Shown here: piece after piece, positions 25,094 through 39,700 of the stretch
Position numbering within the stretch: position 1 is the stretch's first letter
Layout of the letters: the number at the start of each line of letters is the position of its first letter
From: Schmidtea polychroa
Taxonomy: Eukaryota
Assembly (NCBI GenBank): GCA_044892525.1
Contig: CM097885.1
Coordinates: 8,062,001 to 8,126,000 of the forward strand
Direction: 5' to 3'
Length of the DNA stretch: 64,000 nucleotides
The notes under the pieces: model-generated
Told to the model about the DNA's origin: nothing
Databases searched by the model: none
What the model saw: only the letters and a program-made list of their open reading frames with translations
Translations under genes and position numbers: made by a program

Positions 25094-28000
25094 TAGGCCC
25101 TCTCCCGAGAAGAGTCTAAGAAAAATGCATTTAATGACCGATTTTAGTAATATTTTTCAATCTCCAAGCATCTATAAATTTGTATAGAAAGATTATTCAA
25201 ATCCTGTATCTATATGTTGTCAATTTTGTACAAGGTTTTTTAATATGAAAATAAAGATTTTATTTTTCTTTCTGGTTTTTATTGATAAACATACAGCGGT
25301 AATATTCTGGTTTGTTGGACGATATTTATACGTAATCTGAGATGTTTACATCTTGTTTTTCACTACTGGATCAACTTTGTTCATTTTGTCATTGTTGCAC
25401 AGATTTTGGTTTTTTTCATTCGAAAAGCATCCGCATCATTAATGATATTAACTTTTGTAATTAAACCATTTCTAATCCTCATATTCTCCTAGTATTACTG
25501 ATGGATTATCATCGACTACATTATTGATAAATTAATATTTATTTAAAAACATTCAATATAAGCCATCTTTCATTCCACTTTTACCGAACCCCACCGTACA
25601 ACCTCTAATAACATTTGTCCATTAAAGCAAATATAAAAATATGAGCTGATTTTTTAAAATTTTATTCAGAATTTTGCTCTAATAAACAAAACACTTGTGT
25701 GAATGAGTTGCTTAAGTAGCATTCAATGTCCAGTGGGGTGACGCATCCGACGCATGTCATTTACTCTTGATAAATGCACAAAGCGGAATGAACAAACTCG
25801 AGAACCAACAAATATAAATGATAAATTTATTATATAATATATTATTTAAGAGAATTCGTAACAAATTGATATAAAATACAAGTTTCATTCCAAGTAAAAT
25901 AAAATCATAATTTTTAGGAAAAATAAATTCAAATTCCCAACTAATTGAACAGAAATTGCTGTAAAAGAGATTTTTTATTTAAACTATCATATCAAATTCT
26001 TTCTACAAAATAATTGGAAAATCCGAAAAATATTTCAAAAAATCAAAATATAATAACATTCCAAATTGTTGGTCATCATTATTGAAACAAAAAATCTTAA
26101 ATTAAATGGTTAAAAATTACAGTTGTCGTAAAAATTAAAATGTTTAATTTAATTTTCAAAAATTAAGCAGATTAAAAATGGTGAAAAATTGAAAATAATT
26201 TGCCTGAATCAACATTACATACAAATCAAACGTACTAACCTCATTTGTTAGCCAATCAATTTTGAACACGTAATAAGCATGGATAGAATATTTTTTTTCA
26301 AATGCACACACAATTGATTGTCCATTTCAAATCGATTACTAGCTTAGAAATTAAGTAGGTGAATAATGACGTTACTTATCCATGATTCTTAATTAATGTT
26401 TTATTAAAAATGCCTTGATAATAATGATACCAAAAGTGCATCAAAGTACAATTATTAGTGGCCTTAATGTCATTAAATAAAAGCTTTAATAATAAAAAAA
26501 ATTAACCAATAATAAAGGTGTGTGTGTTATTAACAAATATGACAATAAATAAGGGTATTAATAGTAAGTCGAAACTACATTTGAAATATAAAAAACAATT
26601 ACGAATGTTTCCCAAGAAATTTTTGATGTTTATCACAATGAAATATCTAAGTTAATTAATTTTTTTTGTACTAAAAATTGTTTTACGACTAAAAGAATTA
26701 CATAAAATTAGTTGTATAGTTTTTGGCTAACAAAGCCAATATGATGTCATCTCATTCGTCAAGTTCTACCCCTTTAAAAATCTCTGGCTTATTTATTTAA
26801 TTATTTAAACCCGATGCCAGAAATGCACCAATCAGACTCGTAGCGGCTAACAACTGTAGTGTTGGGCTAGAACTGACTTCTAGAACCAAACTTCTAATTG
26901 TGACTGAAATGCGTAGGTACACAGCATGCAAAAAGTGTAGTTAAATAGTAAAAATACACCAAATAAACAATATTAATTAAAGGAGAAAACAACAAAAGCA
27001 TAAACACAAAAATTAAATAAAATTATACAAGAGCAAGAAGTTATGCAAAATCTAACTCAAAAATAACCAAATAAACATAGAGTTACAAGAAACAAACTCG
27101 AATAACTTAAAAGATGGTAAAAACAGTAAAGAATTCCAGCAAAACCCAGAACATTCCATAAAAATGGCGATGACCATCATAAAAGCTACCTTAAACAATA
27201 AAATTTAGAAAAATAAATAAATTAGTAATACAAATAAAAATTCGTAAAAAGAAATTCATAAAACATCAATTAGAATAAAAATTAAATTAAAAGTAAAATA
27301 GAATGTTCTGGAACCGTTCCAAATCCATCATGGACGTAAAAATAACAAGAAATAATTAAAAAATAAAAATTTAAAAATAAAAATAAAAATTATGGCACTA
27401 AAATTGCCATTAAAAATATCAAAATTACAAAATAGAAAGTTCTGGAATAAAAAGAATTCGAGTTTGTTTTAATGCATCAATACATACACGTGTACAAAAC
27501 AGGTATATATACCAACGCATTTTCGTCACAATTCAGATATTTTTGTATGCCAAAAATTTTTATCGAAGCTTTGAACAACACTGAAAGTAAGGATTGTTGA
27601 TTAATTTCATTTTTATTTGTGTTTCATTATTATTAGGTTTATTATATATTTTAACCTGTTGACTTTTAATTCTACTATTACAGAACAAGAGTGACCAGCG
27701 TCGTCGTGAACGGATGGCATCCACGACGCTGATCAGCCTTGTTTCCAACTGATAGTCCACACGCACACAATCGAGTCTACGACCCTATATGCACAAAATT
27801 TCATGTTTTTTTTTAACCGGAAGGTCGCCACGAACAAATGGTTTCTAACCAGGAGTAGGGCGGTAAATCCATCCAGGTAGTTGGCATAGTCGCAGGGACT
27901 ATGCGGACGAAATAAAATTTGGGAAATTAATCGCGGGAAACATAATACAATAAGGCCTATCGTACCGTATTCAGTTGAGTCGGGAAAGTAGGAAAATTTT

Positions 28001-28416
28001 AATTAAATCGACCTTTCGGTAAATCACATACATAAAATGCACACTCAAATATCTTATAGGAGACACATCAGTAGGAAAATCTAAACGGGAAATGTCCCAG
28101 ACTTAAATTATTACAAAGGTTCTCAAGTAGTCGGCTAATTAGACAAATTTCTAGAATTAATATCTTTAATCTTAACTCATTAACTCTAGCAATCTAACCA
28201 TGATTATGATAAATGTAATCTATTTCCCGTTCGATGGTGACCGAAAATCATCTTGTAAAATTATTTATCTTTATATATACACCTTTTAAATTACTAACTC
28301 CCGGTCGATGGTGAACTAAAAACTTCTCGAAAAATCAGATAGCTTGATGTCGTTAAAATTTACTAATCCCCGTTTGATGATGAACTGAAACCAATAAAAT
28401 TATTTACTTATATATA

Positions 28417-29101
28417 CCATTTCCCAGAGAAAAGTAAATTTTTCCCAATTAAAAGTAAATTTTTCCCATTTAAAAGTAAATTTTTCCCATTTAAAAGTAT
28501 AGTAATTTAAACAAAAATTATTTATTATAACAAGTAAATATAAATAAAACAAATATTATTACAAGGTTCATAAGTAAGCATTAAATTTTATTTACACGTG
28601 ATGGTAAGGCAAACCTGCAGCTGCATTTGTTATATTTCTAGACATTAGCCTAAAAAATCCTGGTGCATCATCAGAAGTCACTTGTGTTGATGCATTAGTA
28701 ATCATTTGAGATAGATTTCCAACATTTTCTGTACTTAACATTCCACGCACAATACATTTTTATTTTCGAAAAAGCGGATTCAATCGGATTAAGCATGTAG
28801 GAATATGGTGAGAGAAAATGATAAATGAATCATGTCTGTCTGTTAAATTTTCTTCTTCCATTATGGTTTTAAAAACTTTATTCCTATGCTATTTTGGCGG
28901 TAAACATATTTTAACAGAACATAATATTAAAACACATTTTCAATATTTTTTTAAATTTTAAATTAATTTTTGTTATTTATGGTTGCAATTTAAAATTTAC
29001 TTTTAATTGGGAAAAATTTACTTTTAATTGGGAAAAATTTACTTTTAAATGGGAAAAATTTACTTTTAATTGGTAAAAATTTACTTTTCTCTGGGAAATG
29101 G
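28417..29101. mobile_element. Foldback-like MITE with TA flanks; TIRs built of 20-bp tandem units
   Basis: CCATTTCCCAGAGAAAAGTAAATTTTTCCCAATT... and its reverse complement; TATA on both sides. Confidence 0.8.
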
Positions 29102-30516
29102 TATAACAACCTAATGGTATTCAATAATTATATATATATATTTTTTAATTATACGAGGAAATTTACTCACAAAAATAGCTGGATTTTGTCTATTTAAGGG
29201 TAATCCGAAGAAGCTGCTTGCCAAGCATTGGTGAGGTAAATTACAAATGTATATATATATATATACCTGGACTATGAAACACCATTATGATATGCATTCC
29301 AATTTATAAGAGAAGTTCGATTATATTTACCAAAAAATGCCAATTTCAAACTGCATGAAATGTTGTGACTACACAGCTTTTGTTATGACCAATCCAATAA
29401 TCTGCATCGCTTAAGAAAATCAAACACCCACAAAGTAAATAGTAAATAGCCAAATACACATGAATTTATATTGCAAACCGTAGAAAATTTTTTAAAGGAT
29501 TGTAATTTCCCTTGAATCGTGAACGATATAATCCCCATCTTTGTTCTTGAATTCCTGCCTCAACGTGGGAGAGTAGCCAGTAGTTCTAGATGCACTTTTA
29601 AAGACTCGACTGACGGAGGAAGCCCTGATGAGCTTGGTGGTAAGAGATCCAATAATGCACCCAAATTGATTAGATTGAAATAACATACCTGGGAAACTTT
29701 AAAATGATCAAACCAATTAGTAAGTAATAACATAATACATTAATGCACCAGGAACCCATCCAATTTGATAAGAAATAAATCTAAGAGGTCCTATAGAATC
29801 TAGCTTCGTTAATTACTATTTCAATTAATAATTACATTGCATTAATATGACTTCGACTGATAATCGATTTGTTGATCAACAAGTTTTAAAATGGTGCCCA
29901 TTTTTCATTGTGGTTCAAGATTAAAACAATTTGTGGTTTCACTTAATTTAGTAAATACTATAGTTTTAAAAAACCCTTAATTAGTCCTATTTAATTTGTA
30001 TATAAAACTGAAATAAGTGGGAAATTCACGTTTTGATGCTTGCTACTTTAATTTACGCTCTCCTTTTATATTTTATAAAGATCGCGACTAATAGATAGTT
30101 CTAGACGAAAAATTGAGTTCATATAGAATCACGGGGTGACCCAATTGGTTTAGTATACCAAGTATAATTTCTAACAGGATTATCATAAATATTTTTAGTT
30201 CACAAAATTAAATTATTATTTGAATTAATATGGAGTAGTACAGATGGATTAAATAATTAACTCGTTTATGTGGTAGAAGTAGTAAATTTCTAAATACCCA
30301 AATAAATCCCCTGAATTTAGCTGAAAAGTCGGAGTAGCTGAATCGTACCCGAAGCCCCTCCGGTTCACAAGGGGCCTTGATTATTAGTTGGATACGTGTC
30401 ATATTCGAGGCTGGAATATAAAGTCATGCTAAAAAACCCTTAGTTAATGCGAACCCAAATGAGTAATTGAAGGTCGGGTATGAAATATTTTAATATTCTT
30501 TCCCATTTTTACAGAC

Positions 30517-31965
30517 ATGTCCAACTCTGAACAAAGAACCGTACAGGCGGGTCATTCGGTAACCAACCCAAGCCTCGAACCAACTCACGAGGGAACGGAC
30601 GAAGCCGTGCAATTACGGATGGACGCAGAAATCGCTCGCCTAAGGTCCCGGTGGATATGGTATAAAATCCATGATTGGACTTACCAGAACGTAGTTCCAG
30701 TGACTCCGAAGGTAGAGCCGTATCTCAACTATACGTCATTGGCTCTGCTCGACGCCTTCGACGACGCGAAGAGAGCGGTGGATCGACTGTACAGGCTCGA
30801 AACAGCAACCTTGGCCGGCGAGCTCGAGGATGTTGATGGTTACGCTCGAGCTCAATGTCATCCTAAGCGGACCGCAGCCCTTCGCCGTGGGCTGGAATAC
30901 CCAAGAACTTCCCCGTGTGGACCGAATCGGCAAAGAAAACGCGGACGACCACGAAAAGGCACCAGTTTCACCAAGGAGATTGGGACGAGCAAAGATTAGG
31001 ACTCATAATCAAAAATTGTACAGCCTGAAATGATTTTGTTGCTAATTTACAGTGCGAATCATGTAATATGATGAATGTTTCTATAGTACCTTATATGTCT
31101 CGGCAGTTCATGTTGATCTAACTGCTTAGTTCTGTTCTGGTCACCCCTACTAATCTCATTATTGATATCGTTTTATTTTGATCATCTTCTTTAACCAGTG
31201 TTATTATTGACGATAATTTTCTTGGTTCAATTGTTTATTTATGTATTAATTATCAATACTAATTCCATTGTATGCATCGTTTTGACTTCAATGACTTCTT
31301 TTAACGGGAGCCATTGTTACCACCGACTATAATTTTCCGTAGCGTTGGCCATTACGACCCGTCCTATAAGCTTTGGTAAAATCCATAGAACTAGGTCTAG
31401 ATGTGCGCAGAGGGGAGCGGTGACGAAGGGACGACATTCATTTAGCATTAATAACGTGCGTCACTTAATGCTGAAGTAAAAATTTCTAATGTCGTTTATT
31501 TTAGTGTTGAAACTCCTGGAAGAAATGCGAGCAGATAGAGAGCGGGCGCAACAACAAGTGGAAGAATACCGGGTCAAGTTAACACGAATCAAGGCCCATT
31601 GCCGTAATTTCGAGAGCACCTGGTTCCCGCCCGCAGAGATGAAGAAGCGGCTGAAACTCATCACTCAATTGCAACTCCAGAGTGCCCAAGATCAAGTTGA
31701 GATGCGGGCCCTCCGCTTGAGAGTGAGAGAGCTGGAGGTCAAGGTACACCAACAGGACCTTGATCGAGGGGTCATTTCCAAGATCCGACCCATGAGTGAG
31801 CTGCTCCACCAACCGAAGGAATGCGCAGCGTCGAAAATCCCGAAGAAGAAGATCCGGCCAGGCAAAGCGGCGCGGGCGAGAATCCGACAAGCCTGCCAGG
31901 CCCAATTGACACTCCATGCTACGGTGTCAGAGGCTGCACCGAAAAAACCGACTTCAACCCTATGA
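30517..31965 (+). other. GC-richer ORF or exon pair of unknown family; 31489-31965 is related to 48042-48236
   Basis: FESTWFPPAEMK versus YEGTWFSPTQMK. Confidence 0.4.
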
Positions 31966-34894
31966 GTTCTGATTTTGTGTTATGAATAAATATTACGGGT
32001 GTATTCATATCTGGGCATTTCGAATTTGCCATAATGTTGATTTTCAGAATGGGGACTAAAAGAAATCGGACATAGGCCTTCTATCGGCAGTCCGTGAACT
32101 CCAGTGGGTGCTAGACAATTATAGTATGCTAAGAATGCTCACTTTTTGCTAGTACCCAAACCCTTGATACAGTACCAACGTTGATTACTCAACGGGTATC
32201 AAGTGGTCAGCTATAAATTGTATCCTGGGTTACGCTGGAAACAGCAGGAGTAGGTAGAAACTTTGAAAGTACCTGTAACCCACCAGTAGCATAAAAGTAC
32301 ATGTTTTGACCACTATATGGGTACTGGTCGTAAGGGTATTGGTCACACTAAACCCCCATTTACCAATTAACTAGTTACCTTGTACGAATAACTAACAGCA
32401 AATCCAATCAAGAAATTAACAAATATCAACCTACAACTATATGACAACAATCAGTTAACAACAATGTACCAACTACCAAGTACAAAATACCAACAACTTA
32501 GTATCGTCAACCAGTAACTTACAAACACGTATTTACAACCAGATACTTACAACTTACAACTAGCTACCAATTACTTCTAACCAACTAGCATCACATAAAA
32601 ATAATAACAATTAAATATAAAATATTCTTCAACACATACACTATCTTCTTGTCATCATCTACAACTAAACTCTATCAACCGGTTACCAAGTACTAACAAC
32701 CAAGTACTTACTAACAAATACCAACAACTATGTACTAACAAATAGATCTTTAAAAGAAAATCCTCTTCACTTGAAAAAAAAATTGGATAAAATATTAATT
32801 GAACTCAAGGTATCAATAACTATGTAAAAATTGATTAAATCATTGTAAAAATTTAAATTATTCAAAACATACTAAATAAATATCATAAAATGTAATTAAT
32901 GGACAAGAAAGAACTTTAAATTTTAGTCATTAATAATCCAGTAAATAAATAAATACTGATCATTCAAGTTAATATGAATCAACTAAGATAATAAAATAAT
33001 AAGAATTTTGAAATAAGATCTAATAGATAATTGATTTAGATTGAATAAATTAATTGAAATAAATTAATTTTAATTATTTTTTAAAAGTTATACATGTATA
33101 CTCAAATTGATTGATTGATTGATCAAAATATTCAAAAAATTCAGTATAAATTCATTACAATTATCAAAGTCGTCAATCTACACTAAAAATAATTATCATT
33201 AAATTCCAAAAGAGACTGATATATGCCAACTAATGATATCATCTAATAAATTTAAATGACAATATTCTACCATTTGTTATATCCAAGCCAATTCTCAACT
33301 AAAATCATCAAAAAAGCATTAAATTTCCCTAAATATATCAATATTTAAAGATTGATATTTTAATGATAAGTACTCGTAAAAGATCATATATTCCCGTCAG
33401 ACTAATGAGATTCCTTAAAATTCCTTTAAATGACTTTATTTCTAACCTTAATTCATATTATTACAAATATTTCACTAAAATCATATAAAATAAATTTGCT
33501 CAATAACCTTAAATAATTTATAAAATTGTTGTGTTTTAGCTAATTCAAGTCAGTAACCTCTGACTCATCGTGTCCTCTTTATCAAAAACAATAAACTACC
33601 CAACGTATATTTGAATCACAGAAATATATTTCTCTCAAAAATAAATAATCAATAACCAAAGTTGAAGTTTGACCGATTCTCCGCTTGCTGTTGATGCTTT
33701 GACAAAAGATAATATTCACCTTTTTATTCCTTAACTTCTCTTGACCAACGTTTTCCTTTTCAATTTGATTTCATTCCTTTCCACTTTTTATGTATCTCCT
33801 ATTCTATCTTTTCTTTTTCCCTAAGCTCCGTAATTCGTCTTTTCCCTTTACCTATCTTCGTTTTCTTCTTACCACAGCTAAGGCAAAATGCCGATTATTT
33901 TGAATTTCGACTTTGCTTTTATATTGGAATATTCACTTTGATTAATCGGTTTTTGACATGATTGCTCCTATCTGACAATGGTTTGACTACCAGTTCCTTG
34001 AGCTTTGTTTGAACCATATCATGATTAATTGGCTCCCTTTGCTACTCTTTTGTAATAGTCCTAACTTTGTTTGTTTCCATTAATCATGCTGTCATATCTC
34101 GCTAACATCAACTATAAAAAATTACCAATGAACACCTTAAACACCAAATTAGCTAAAATAAATCATTAAAACAGAAGACCAGCACCCTTACGACCAGTAA
34201 CTTTACGACCAGGGGGACAAAACATCCTGTCGGATAAACTCAGAGTATATATAATAAAAAGAATTGACAATAACTCCATCAAAAATGAATCAGTCAAATT
34301 ATCACAAATTTTACTAAAAAAATCTTATTCTAAAGTGGTAAGCAATTGTAGGATAAAATAAAAAAAGAATTATTTTTTGATAAATTTTGATAAAATTAAC
34401 AATATTATTTTCAGGTAGTAAGAATCTTCAATAGAGCGAGGAAATTATTCATTGAACAGATTACTCTATGATAAATTAATAATGAAATTCAAAATGGTGA
34501 AAATAAGTGGTAGAATTATTCATTAGCGGATTATGGGAGGTAAATGAAAATATACTGAGAAGTGGCATAGATAAGATGAAGGTGGATAAGAGGTGATGTA
34601 TATTAATTTAATTAATTAAAAATATTTTACTAAAAATTATCAAGTGCATAGAAATATTTAGTACAATTTTAAAAGAAATAAATGTAAGGAGAATATAAGT
34701 GATTAAATATTAATTAGTGGAATGTCGAGAATCGGGGCTATAAGTGAGGAGGATATATAATTTAAATTATTTCTAATATATGAGTTACTATCGAATAAAA
34801 ATATTTTAATAACATGTTATTGATAGACATTTATTCTGATAAAAGGAGTGTTTAATCCTCAAATGACTATTAGTTAATTGAATAGTTAATTAAA

Positions 34895-35590
34895 AAATTT
34901 GAACCTTAATTTATTTTAATTTTAAAATTTGGACCTTAATTTACTTATCTGAACCTTAATTTAATTTAATTTAAAAATTTAGACCTTAATTTACTTTAAT
35001 TTAAAAATTCAGCCCATAATTTACTTTAATTAAATTTTTAGACTTTTAATTTACTTTAATTTAATAATTTAGACCTTAATTTACTTTAATTTAAAAATTT
35101 GAACTTTAATTTACCTATTTATCCTTAATTTACCATACTTTTTTTTATTGAAGATCCTTTTTGTATTGAAAATCCCAGGACCAAAGAGACCCACCCAAAT
35201 TTACATAGAAAATTCTTTGACTTTTTATTGAAGACCCCGTTTTTGTATTCAAATTCTCAGGATCGAAAAATTCATGCTTTTTTAACGAGAATCGGATTTT
35301 GTATTGAAAATCACCAGGACAAAGAAGACGCCCTCACTTCAGTCAGAGAAATCCTAGCTTTTTTCTATAAGACTTTTTTTTTGTATTGAAATTCCCAGGT
35401 TCCATCGAGACCCCCTCACTATAGTCAGAAAAATCCTGGCTTTTTTTATAGACCCTTTTTTTGTATTGAAAATCCCAGAAAAAATAAGTGTAGCCCACTG
35501 CAGCGGTTATGTAACCAAAAAATAAAAAGAAAACTTATGCAGCAGACCATCCACCGGCAGGTTGCTGCAGCGGGCTACTAACTACCTACT
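34895..35590. mobile_element. Diverged right terminus of an element related to element B
   Basis: GTTGCTGCAGCGGGCTACTAACTACCTACT versus ATTGCTGCCGCGGGCCACTAACTCCCTACT (61897); same ~30-bp TTACTTTAATTT repeats and GAGACCCACCCAAA / CCCTCACTATAGT motifs. Confidence 0.75.
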
Positions 35591-38500
35591 AACGACCAAC
35601 TAATAAACTAATAAAATAACAGAGACACGAAATCAAAAAATACATTAATTTAAATAAACCAGACCAACTGTGATGCTGGTTCTTCAACCGCTCGGTTGAC
35701 ATTAAGGTCGAAATGTGGTGGGCTTCTTCACGGGTTTGTCGCCGGAAGATGACAGAGAATTGAAGGAAAAGTGTGATATCATAACACATCTGTAAAATTT
35801 GAACCTAAATTCAAATTGAGAGAATCGTCGAGTAGAATTAAAGTATGTACAGGCAGTGATTGAGGCGTCGGAAGTCTGAAGTCGTTAAATATTCTGTCTG
35901 CCAAAGAATCACATAATCACGAAGATATAAAGAAAATTTTGTTGAATTCTTTGAGTTTGAAATTTCATGACATTATAATGCTTCATTTTATTCCACACTA
36001 GCACGTTCCTTCCCGTCTTCAGAATAAAGTAGGGAAGCAATCACAGATAGTTCTGAACAGACAATTCCAACCGAGCACTGGAAGATCCAGAAAACTTTCT
36101 TTGAGTCATTTGTAATATCGTGACAAAATTGATCAGGTAACACCATAAAGTTGTTTTGGATGTCTAAAATACATGAGAGTCTATTGCATTAGCAAAGAGA
36201 GCATAATGTACTGAATATCATACGCTGAGAAATGCGCCAGATTCGATTCATGAGATCAATCGGATGGTAGATATTAGTAGTGATAACACTAGGCAAAATT
36301 TACAATACCAGAGATAAGCTATATAACAGCTTTATTCACATTTCGATTAAACAAAACATTCGTTTAAATAACAAAAAATAAGAAGAGACAAGTTTTTGAG
36401 TGTATATTTTATTAAATAAAATTTATGGAATTATTTTGTGATTTGAAAACAGATATTAATGTTCTAAACGGATGAGAATCCTAATATTCCTCATAGAAAA
36501 TCTTAATGTATCTTCGTGTATCTTCGCGTAATAATATCCACTAGCGCAACTTGGGAAGACAACGTGGTGGAGTTGTTCGATCTCGAGGCCTTATTCGCCG
36601 AAGCAACAGCCGATAAGATACGAACGGCTTCCTTCGAAATCTGAATGTTGTAACTTGAACTAACAAAACTAATTCTCATAAAATGATCCTTCTTTAGTTA
36701 TTGTTAATGATGTGACGGAAAATGTTTTCTTTTGATGTTAATAAATTTTGTGTAGTCAATGGTGATAAATTTCGAAATTAGAAAAGTGTGCCTGAAGAAG
36801 CATCAATGAGGTGCTTAGTTGACGTTATGTTTATTTAAATGTATCGGTATAATATAAGAGAATAGTTCCTTGCCCCGGAGTGTAGAATATAATCTAGACG
36901 TAAGTCCTTCCATCGGCGGTCAAATGGAGTGAGTCAGAACAGGACGAAGGAGTAGTCCTAAGGGAGGGGCTCACCTGCTTTTTCCTGTTTCGCCCTCATG
37001 ATACATTACCAACATGATGCGAATCATCTGTATCACGACGTAAGTACAGTCATTGTGGCGTACCGTTTAGGTTGAAAAATTTGAGAACGTAATGATAGTG
37101 AAGGACCATCATCCCCTGACAGTTATAAACTCTTGTGTCAACCAGGTGGCGTGAAAACAAAAGCTAATATTTGACAATGGGTTGATAATAACCATTAATA
37201 AAAACACAACTCTGTTAATTTCAACAACCCTGGAGGCAGGTAAAATCTGAAATCCATTATCTTTAAAACTTACAGACTTATCGGTTGTCATTTCTCTAGG
37301 TTCAGTATTTAATGCTCTAAAAAAATCAATTATAGGATAATTTATTTTTCTGATTAATAATTCTTGTGCCAGACCATTTCCTTGTTTTATTTTTTCATGT
37401 TTTATATTTTTAAATTCAAATTCAATTACCATTTTTCATTATTAAAAATAGCTTGCAGTAAAGATGTGATCTGAGATTTTTTATGCATGCCAGGTTGTAA
37501 ACCGGCAATTGTTGAGGGTTGTGGACCCAACAACAATATTGCCGTAATAATTAGATGTAAGGCTGGCTCCAATTGTGTGCATCAATATGGATTCAACGAT
37601 TTTAGTCACCATTACAACAAAAAAAAGTAAGGGGCTACAATGCATTATTAAATATAATTTAAATATATCATATCATGAAATAAAATTGCAATAGAACATC
37701 GTTATTCGTAATTTTGTTGGGAAAAATCTTTCGGTATAAAGAGTGAATTGTGACTAAAATGCGTCGATATATATTTCCTATTTTTGGTGTGCAAGTGCAC
37801 TGATGCACTAAAACAAATTCGAAATATTCTAATTTTAACTAGTCTCAAATCTTAATTTTTATCGATTTAAATGGCGAATTTTGTTCAATAAATTTTTGCT
37901 TTTATTTCTTAAATTTTTTTTGAATTTTTTTTATTAAATTTACCTCCATGATAGATATGGGAAATTCCAGAACATCCCATGCTATTTTAACCTAATTCTT
38001 ATTTTAATTCCCTTTTTATTAATTCATTTTATGATTTTTTGTTATTTTAAAACTTAAATATTTATATGATGGATTTCGCCATTTTGATGGGTTGTTTTGG
38101 ATTTTTATTCAAATTTTTTCTTTAAATTACGTTTCGTCGTGATTTTATAGAAATTTCTTTACTTTTACGGAACTCCAAAACTTACCCTATACCGAATGGG
38201 CAAATTTTGACTGATACAGAGCCAACTCGGCGCAGTGATCCTTTCGTTGGATACACAATACCTTCAGTCCCTCCAGCAGTACCACTTCCCGTTCTGTCAA
38301 CAAGCATAGTGATAAATCCATAGGTGATCGACTTGTGTGTCGCAACGACTGTCAATAAACATCCGATCCAGAAACCAAAAATAAAATCGATGCGGTGAGC
38401 AGTCCGAATGTTAAGCAGCGAGTAAAGAATGCAATTGCCATCAGTCAACTTCATGCCCAGGAACCTCCACTCGACACCAACGAGATGATATTTACTGTTG

Positions 38501-39478
38501 ACATATTAACGACACCCTGTTTAACTTAGATGAGGTTCTGGCCGATTCTATTTGGCATAAATTTTTCTTTTAGCAATGTAGTTTAGGTATGTTAATTGGC
38601 ATAGTGTCTTCCTGATTTCTTTTGTTTTGAACTTGGAAAAATTCGTTCGTAAGATAGAAACTGGTGAGTAATTTGCTGTTTGGTGAATATTTTTCAGAAT
38701 TGATATTCTGGAAACTCGAACTCGTTAATTTCTCTTCGTCAAATATTGTTGTTGACGTAAGCTCTTCTATTGGTAGTCCAGAAGCCAAATAGAGAACGCA
38801 ATATAGAATAGTCATAGTAATGGAGCTCACCTGTTCATAGGCTCTGGATCATTGTGTACATCATCAAAATGGCCACAACATGGATACACAGATGGAAAAT
38901 GAAAGTCGTGGACGTGTTTAAGGTATCTTAGAGTAAATTCTTTTCAGTGTATTTAGACATCACTGGTAACATTAGACAATATTTTTTTACCTCTTATTTT
39001 TAGTGTACTTAATTTTTGAAAAATTTAAAGAGACAGCCCCGTACACAACTGAAGCACTAAAAAAACATTACAAAACGTAGTATAAAATAAAAATGTTAGT
39101 TGGGAAATAAACTAAATCTAATTTTCCCTTTCATTAAAAAAAATCATCATCATATCACAATACCAATGAGAGGATATAAAATCTATATAAAAATTAGCAG
39201 TTGATGGCAGAAGATGCAACAATCAAAAGAGGCTATGGAATCGACATCATAATTAAATTCATAATAGAATCTTAACCTCATTGAAGTGTCCAGAAACACA
39301 ACAGGAGCAACATCTTATATAAATAAATATAAAAGGAGGAACCGTAATTAGCAATCCGAAAAATTGTAAAATATACATTTGTAAAAAAATAACTTAGAAG
39401 TTTTATTTCTCACAAAGAAAAGACAAAACACCATAATAATGTATTAAAAACAATATAAATAAAAATTCCACATTCACA

Positions 39479-39700
39479 TCAGGTTCCGGACTCCTTTTGA
39501 TGCATCACTCTCAACTCATCCAATACATGCGAATTCAACAGAACAGTGCGCCACCGGTCTTTTAAATTGACATTCGTTCTTTTTGATCTTTTGAAATATT
39601 TATTTTTGATTTCGTGCCATTGCAATCCTTCCTGCACACCTTTATATAAGCAAAACGTTTCGTGTGATGTCCATCGATTTTTCCCTGGAACCATGTGTAG
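39479..39700 (-). CDS. TRF-type (telobox) Myb domain exon or fragment
   Basis: RWTSHE...LYKGVQE..QWHEI...F..RTNVNLKDRWR. Confidence 0.6.
   Translation of the reverse strand, partial: LHMVPGKNRWTSHETFCLYKGVQEGLQWHEIKNKYFKRSKRTNVNLKDRWRTVLLNSHVLDELRVMHQKESGT

Noticed and set aside
32250..34230. Possible decayed Polinton segment (AGTAGGTAG at 32249; short inverted repeat ~32323/34177)
   Set aside because: No TSD and no convincing polB or ATPase motif could be read
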